A stretch of DNA of 64,000 nucleotides. Source: an uncultured delta proteobacterium. GTDB lineage: Bacteria > Desulfobacterota > Desulfobaccia > Desulfobaccales > 0-14-0-80-60-11. Below, piece by piece: positions 59,287 to 64,000 of this stretch (within the stretch, counting starts at the first letter, position 1; each line of letters starts with the position of its first letter). The position numbers and the translations under genes are program-made. The stretch covers positions 544,001 to 608,000 of the forward strand of contig CAWETI010000002.1 in assembly GCA_963812015.1 (NCBI GenBank). Direction: 5' to 3'. The notes below the pieces were generated by a model that was not told the DNA's origin, did no database searches, and saw only the letters and a program-made list of their open reading frames with translations.

Positions 59287-60768
59287 TTATATACCTCTCC
59301 CGAATAGAGTGATCCGCACCGTCTTGAGCAGGATAGCTAAGTCTAAAAAGAAGCTCATATTTTTAATGTAGAAGAGGTCATATTCAAGTTTTTCCTTGGT
59401 CTGTTCCAGGGAAGATGCATATGGAAACATGACCTGGGCCCAGCCCGTAAGCCCAGGCCTCATCAGCAGCCTGTGGCTGTAATAAGGAATTCGTTCATAA
59501 TAGTTGTAGTGAATCTCACACGCGGGCGGATTCTTAATCCGGCGTCCGCGCCGGACTCTGGGCACTAGTTCCTGGAATATATTAACGAAAATTTCCCGTT
59601 CCGGCCGTGGGCCGATGCAGCTCATCTCACCCCTTAGGATATTGATAAACTGGGGAAATTCATCCAGGCGGGAACGGCGCAGGACCCGTCCCACCCAGGT
59701 GATACGGGGATCCCTAAACGAAGCCCACTGGGGGCCGTTATATTCGGCATCCAGCTGCATCGTGCGGAACTTGATGATCTGGAAGGCCTTGCCGTCCTTT
59801 CCCAGCCGTTCCTGCCGGAAGAACACAGGGCCGGCGCTGTCCAGTTTAATGGCAATGGCAATGAGGACCAGTAGGGGGGAGGCTATAGCCAGGGCAAACG
59901 AGGCCAGCCCCAAGTCGATCAGCCGTTTGACACGGTGGTAGTAAAGCCTATTTTTTTGCAGCATAACTAGATAAAGCCAGAGGTCGGAAATATGATCAAT
60001 GGGAATTTTCCCCGTCAGGAACTCAAAAAAGGAAGGCATGTCTTGAAGATGGCAGCCGTTCCAGCTGATCCGGGTCAGGACGTTGATCATGGCAGGGGAC
60101 TTGTCGTGGGTGATGGCCACCACCGCCAGGTCCACCATGCGCTCCCGGATAATTTCCACCAACTCTCCACAACTTCCCAGCACCGGCAGGCCGTCAATAA
60201 CGGTGCCGACTTTACGCGGATCATCGTCGACAAAACCCACTGGGTCCAGGCCACTGCGGGAGCGATTCCGCAAAGCCTCCAAGAGGCGCCGTCCGCTCCC
60301 CCCAGCGCCGATAATAAGCAGCCTCTGCCTGAGACGCTGGGGCAAGGCCATCGCCGAGAAGGCCAGCCGCCACAGCAGCACCAGCCCGGCAAAGGTGGCG
60401 CTCTGAACCAGGAGCTGCACCCGACCGACGAAAACTCCCTTCGGGAAGTAAAAAAAGATGATGATACCCACCGAGCCCATTGCCACCGAGAACAACAGCT
60501 GGCCGATATTACTCCAGCGTCGGTAATCCATCTGGTAGTCATAGTTGCTGAAAATAAAGAAAACCACCAGATAGGCGAGCCCCATCATCAGGAAAGCAAA
60601 AAGATGAGCACCTAAAAAGGAAAATGGGTTACGGTCGACCAGTGGGTTGAAATACAGGGAGAGGAAAACGGCAAGGACATACATTGCGGCATCCCCTCCC
60701 AAGAGAAGGAATTGCCACTTTGAAATTTGGACGCCACAAAATCTAATCATAGCAAGAAAACCAGGCAT
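59287..60768 (-). CDS. Polyprenyl-phosphate glycosylphosphotransferase (priming sugar transferase)
   Basis: Four N-terminal TM, CoA-binding-like IIGAG domain, then KRLID, KFRTM, DPRIT, LDEFPQ, GPRPE and PGLTGWAQ. Confidence 0.93.
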   Translation of the reverse strand: MPGFLAMIRFCGVQISKWQFLLLGGDAAMYVLAVFLSLYFNPLVDRNPFSFLGAHLFAFLMMGLAYLVVFFIFSNYDYQMDYRRWSNIGQLLFSVAMGSVGIIIFFYFPKGVFVGRVQLLVQSATFAGLVLLWRLAFSAMALPQRLRQRLLIIGAGGSGRRLLEALRNRSRSGLDPVGFVDDDPRKVGTVIDGLPVLGSCGELVEIIRERMVDLAVVAITHDKSPAMINVLTRISWNGCHLQDMPSFFEFLTGKIPIDHISDLWLYLVMLQKNRLYYHRVKRLIDLGLASFALAIASPLLVLIAIAIKLDSAGPVFFRQERLGKDGKAFQIIKFRTMQLDAEYNGPQWASFRDPRITWVGRVLRRSRLDEFPQFINILRGEMSCIGPRPEREIFVNIFQELVPRVRRGRRIKNPPACEIHYNYYERIPYYSHRLLMRPGLTGWAQVMFPYASSLEQTKEKLEYDLFYIKNMSFFLDLAILLKTVRITLFGRGI

Positions 60769-60794
60769 CGGGGCTACCGGACCGGAAACCCCAT

Positions 60795-62018
60795 TCAGGG
60801 AGTGATCTGCTGAAAGTATGCTTCCAAGATCTCCGCACCCCTGGATAGTGACAGGTGGCGCTCGGCGTATAGTCTACCACTGGCCCCCAGCCGCTCGCGC
60901 AGTTCCGGTCGGTCAGCAAGCTGACGGATAGCCCTGGCCATGGCGTCCGGATCGCCGGGCGGCACGCAGAGGCCGCACCCCGCCTCGGCGATCAACCGGG
61001 GGGCGTCGCCGTCCAAAGGGAGACTGGCCAGCACCGGCCGCCCCGCGGCCATTATGCTTAAAATCTTGGAAGGGACTACCGGGGTTTTAACTTCTTGGCG
61101 CAGGGTGGCCAGGCAGAGATCAGAGGCTATCAAGACCCCCGGGTATTTATCTTTGGGCTGCATGGGAAGGAATAAGACGTTGCCGAGTTGGTTCTCCTGG
61201 GCAAGTTTTAGGAGTTTAAATTTTTCAACCCCATCGCCTACCATGAGGAAGACTATGTCTCTTTGCTCTTTTAATATCCTGGCACTGTGCAGCACGGTTT
61301 CCAGATCCTGGGAGTAACCCATAATGCCGGCGAAGGAGACCACAAAATGATGATCGAGGCCGAGAGAAGCCCTTAATCCGTTTTCTCGAGAACCGGGTTG
61401 GATTGCCTTAGTGTCTATCCAATTAGGTACAACGTTGACTTTTCCGAACTTTCCACCTGCATTTAAGACATGCTGGCGGTTACCTTCGGAATGGACCGCA
61501 ACAAGATCGGCATGACGGTATAGAAAGGATTCCAACCTCTTAAAAATTCGGATAAGGGAGGGGTTTTTCAGCACCCCCAAATCAATGGCACTTTGGGGAA
61601 AGAGATCTTGGATATTCACTATCAAGGGGCGTCGTCGTGCCCGGCACAGGGCCAGGGCGGCCAGGGCCAGGGGCAGAGGGGGCGAATAGACCAGGGCCGC
61701 GTCAAAGGCCGGCAGCCAAACCCCCGCCATCCCGGCAAAGAGGGCGGAGACAAATTGATCCATTCCTCGGATGATGGGAATGTTCCAGGGAATATCCAGG
61801 TTGAAGACCCGTAGTACTTTCAGACCGTGATAGGTCTCGTAAATGCAAGGACTTTGCCGGTAATCCTTTTGTTTTCCGGCCACATGATAACGGGGCAGGC
61901 CGGTAAGGATGGTAATCTCATGGCCCAGCTCCCGAAGAGCCTGCCCCAACTCATAATAAAGATGAGCTGCCGATCCAACCTCCGGTGGGAAATAAGGGGT
62001 GATTAGTAAGATCTTCAT
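60795..62018 (-). CDS. GT4 glycosyltransferase (WbuB-like)
   Basis: YFPPE, YSPPL, QDLFP, FAGIMGYSQ and PSKI..MAAGRP motifs. Confidence 0.9.
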   Translation of the reverse strand: MKILLITPYFPPEVGSAAHLYYELGQALRELGHEITILTGLPRYHVAGKQKDYRQSPCIYETYHGLKVLRVFNLDIPWNIPIIRGMDQFVSALFAGMAGVWLPAFDAALVYSPPLPLALAALALCRARRRPLIVNIQDLFPQSAIDLGVLKNPSLIRIFKRLESFLYRHADLVAVHSEGNRQHVLNAGGKFGKVNVVPNWIDTKAIQPGSRENGLRASLGLDHHFVVSFAGIMGYSQDLETVLHSARILKEQRDIVFLMVGDGVEKFKLLKLAQENQLGNVLFLPMQPKDKYPGVLIASDLCLATLRQEVKTPVVPSKILSIMAAGRPVLASLPLDGDAPRLIAEAGCGLCVPPGDPDAMARAIRQLADRPELRERLGASGRLYAERHLSLSRGAEILEAYFQQITP

Positions 62019-62278
62019 AGTAAAATGTTGCCTTTGGAGTAAATCTTAGGAAAACCAATAGGTTGGCCTGTGCCGGCCACCCCCATTCCGGTTCCAAATA
62101 ATATTAATCATATTTGTTTGACTTGCAAAATCTTTACCTAAAGGTAAGTTGCTGATATTTTACATATAATAACCACTGAGATCCTTTGAATGTTCGGTCT
62201 TCTGAACAAAATAGATCAACTTTTAACCACAAGGTTATTTATTAATAGAAAACGGGAAACCGTATTAGGAATTAGCTC

Positions 62279-64000
62279 TTACATCCCTTGAGTTTGTCCA
62301 GCTCTCAAAGCTGCGGCGGCCTTCAGGGTTGCCCGAGTGGACGCAGCATAATCTATAAAAAGCTTGGGGAAATTTTCCGGCTCTCCAACCGCCTTATTAA
62401 AAAATTCCAATTCCGCCTGATATCCCATGTCCATGGAAAGCTTCCTGATTTTTATAGTCCTCCCGCCCTGAATAAGCTGGGCTCGGCGAAAATCATCGAG
62501 AACTGCCGCCGAATCTTCGCAGAAGAGCTCAAAACGCTCCCGGGAAAAGGCCTTGGGTCCTTTGGCGGTGTAAAGAATGGTGCCGATTGAACCATCTTTG
62601 AAAGTCAGATTAATGATCAGATTATCGTCATATCTGTATTTGCCAGTGGCTCCGGAAATGGTCTCCACATTTAGCGATGCCGTCTCCGAGCTGGTCATGA
62701 AATGTAGGAAATCGATGAAATGACAGACTTCCCCCCGAAGACGACCGCCGCCCACTTCCGGGTCGTGCACCCAGTGGTCCCCTGGGATATAGCCGGCATT
62801 GACCCGATAAGTCATCATCAGGGGAGTGGTGCGACCCGCCACCATGGCCTTGACCTGCCGAGTCAACGGCGCAAACCGCCGGTTGAACCCCACCATCAAC
62901 AGCCGGGACCCATCATAGGCCGCCTCAATTTCTTCCAACTCGTCTGACGTCAGGCATAAGGGTTTTTCCACCAAGACGTGCTTGCCTGCCGCCAGGGCTT
63001 CCAACACCAGGGTGGCATGAGAATTATGTCTGGTAGTAATGATGATACTGCCGATGGCCTTATCCTTGAGAATTTCTTGGTAATCCGTGGTGGCATAGGC
63101 AAAGCCGAACTTCTTGGCGATATGCTGGACCGTCACGCCGGTGGTGGTAGCCGCCCCCATTAGTGTTAGCCCCGGGACCTTTTTCAAGGCTGGCAGGAGA
63201 ATATTCTTGGTAAACATGCCACCGCCGATGAGACCGATCGCCTGGGGATTAGCCGATTGGCTTGGAGAGGCGACCGGTTTCAGCCACACCTTCCGAAGCA
63301 GCGTGGCTTGGTCGGCATCGGCCAAGGCTTCCCCTGTTTCCTGGTTCTCCGGCTGAGGATAGGTCAGGACCACGCCGATATACGTCTCCCGATTTTTCAG
63401 GATCAGGTCATAGGCCTCCAGTGCTTGATCAATTGGAAAGCGGTGCGTTATCAGCCGGTCGACCTGCACCCGCCCCCGGGCCACCAGGTCCAGGAAGGCT
63501 GCCAGATTGCGCCGCTCGGTCCAGCGCACTAAAGATAGGGGATAATCAAATCCCTTGGCCTCATAGAGCGGCTGCAGGCTGCCCGGGCCGGCGGCCTTGG
63601 ACACCGTAAAGGTTAACTCCTTGTCCCAGAAAGCCTTCCGGGTGAGGCTCAGTTCCGCCACTCCCACCAGCACCAGCCGGGCCCGCTCCCGGGCTACCGC
63701 CTCCGCCAGTCGCACCGGGCGAGGATCACTGCTGGCCGCGGTAATGATCACCGCATCCGCTCCCCGGCCGTGAGTCGAATTGGCGACGGCTTCTTCCACA
63801 TCATCTTGGCCGGGAATCAGGGCCAGGTCCGCGCCCAGTTCCCGGGCAAGCTCGCATTTTTGCCGATCCAGGTCCACCCCGATGACCCTGCAGCCTTGGG
63901 CCGCCAGCAATTGCACGCTGAGTAATCCCAGGAGCCCCAGGCCAATGACCACCGCCGTCTCTCCCAGGGTCAGGCCGGCTTCCCGCACCCCATGGAGGGC
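62279..64000 (-). CDS. Bi-domain oxidoreductase (MDR-like + Gfo/Idh/MocA); 5' end outside window
   Basis: VIGLGLLG, RWTERRN, IGGGMF, VEKP and VGFNRRF motifs; frame open to the window edge. Confidence 0.9.
   Translation of the reverse strand, partial: ALHGVREAGLTLGETAVVIGLGLLGLLSVQLLAAQGCRVIGVDLDRQKCELARELGADLALIPGQDDVEEAVANSTHGRGADAVIITAASSDPRPVRLAEAVARERARLVLVGVAELSLTRKAFWDKELTFTVSKAAGPGSLQPLYEAKGFDYPLSLVRWTERRNLAAFLDLVARGRVQVDRLITHRFPIDQALEAYDLILKNRETYIGVVLTYPQPENQETGEALADADQATLLRKVWLKPVASPSQSANPQAIGLIGGGMFTKNILLPALKKVPGLTLMGAATTTGVTVQHIAKKFGFAYATTDYQEILKDKAIGSIIITTRHNSHATLVLEALAAGKHVLVEKPLCLTSDELEEIEAAYDGSRLLMVGFNRRFAPLTRQVKAMVAGRTTPLMMTYRVNAGYIPGDHWVHDPEVGGGRLRGEVCHFIDFLHFMTSSETASLNVETISGATGKYRYDDNLIINLTFKDGSIGTILYTAKGPKAFSRERFELFCEDSAAVLDDFRRAQLIQGGRTIKIRKLSMDMGYQAELEFFNKAVGEPENFPKLFIDYAASTRATLKAAAALRAGQTQGM

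Overview
GC-rich bacterial chromosome window. Gene content and repeat style suggest a Desulfobacterota organism, possibly Desulfobacca-like (inference). 1-16.4 kb is a minus-strand dcw cell-division cluster (mraZ-rsmH-ftsL-ftsI-murE-murF-mraY-murD-ftsW-murG-murC-ftsQ-ftsA). It lacks murB and ddl and is interrupted between murG and murC by a REP-associated tyrosine transposase (RAYT) with three GTAG-REPs and a REP-bracketed 4xCxxC mini-gene. 16.7-39.5 kb holds envelope, lipid and housekeeping genes: yqgF, O-antigen-ligase-like, GT-C, GG-reductase, GDPD, an acyl-CoA ligase/ACP/acyltransferase fusion, aconitase, USP, YhaM, a sigma-70 plus DksA pair, TauE, FkbM, nitrilase, zwf and an ECF ATPase. 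39.5-42.7 kb is a three-level nested insertion: a 2,709-bp IS1595-family element with an 8-bp TSD and five small or broken cargo ORFs sits in a 127-bp MITE, which sits in a REP. It separates an ECF S-component gene from its ATPase gene. 43.9-51.5 kb has NYN, glgA, copA, an M23 peptidase and yrdC. 51.7-54.2 kb is an orphan phage-type module (Fe-S PD-(D/E)XK nuclease, uncharacterised partner, divergent XRE regulator). 55-64 kb is a surface-polysaccharide cluster with a decayed FkbM gene. At least five REP-like palindrome families, two MITE shells and heptamer repeats are present; one REP is translated in-frame inside murF. I recognised no rRNA, tRNA or CRISPR array. All calls come from reading motifs; no database searches were run.
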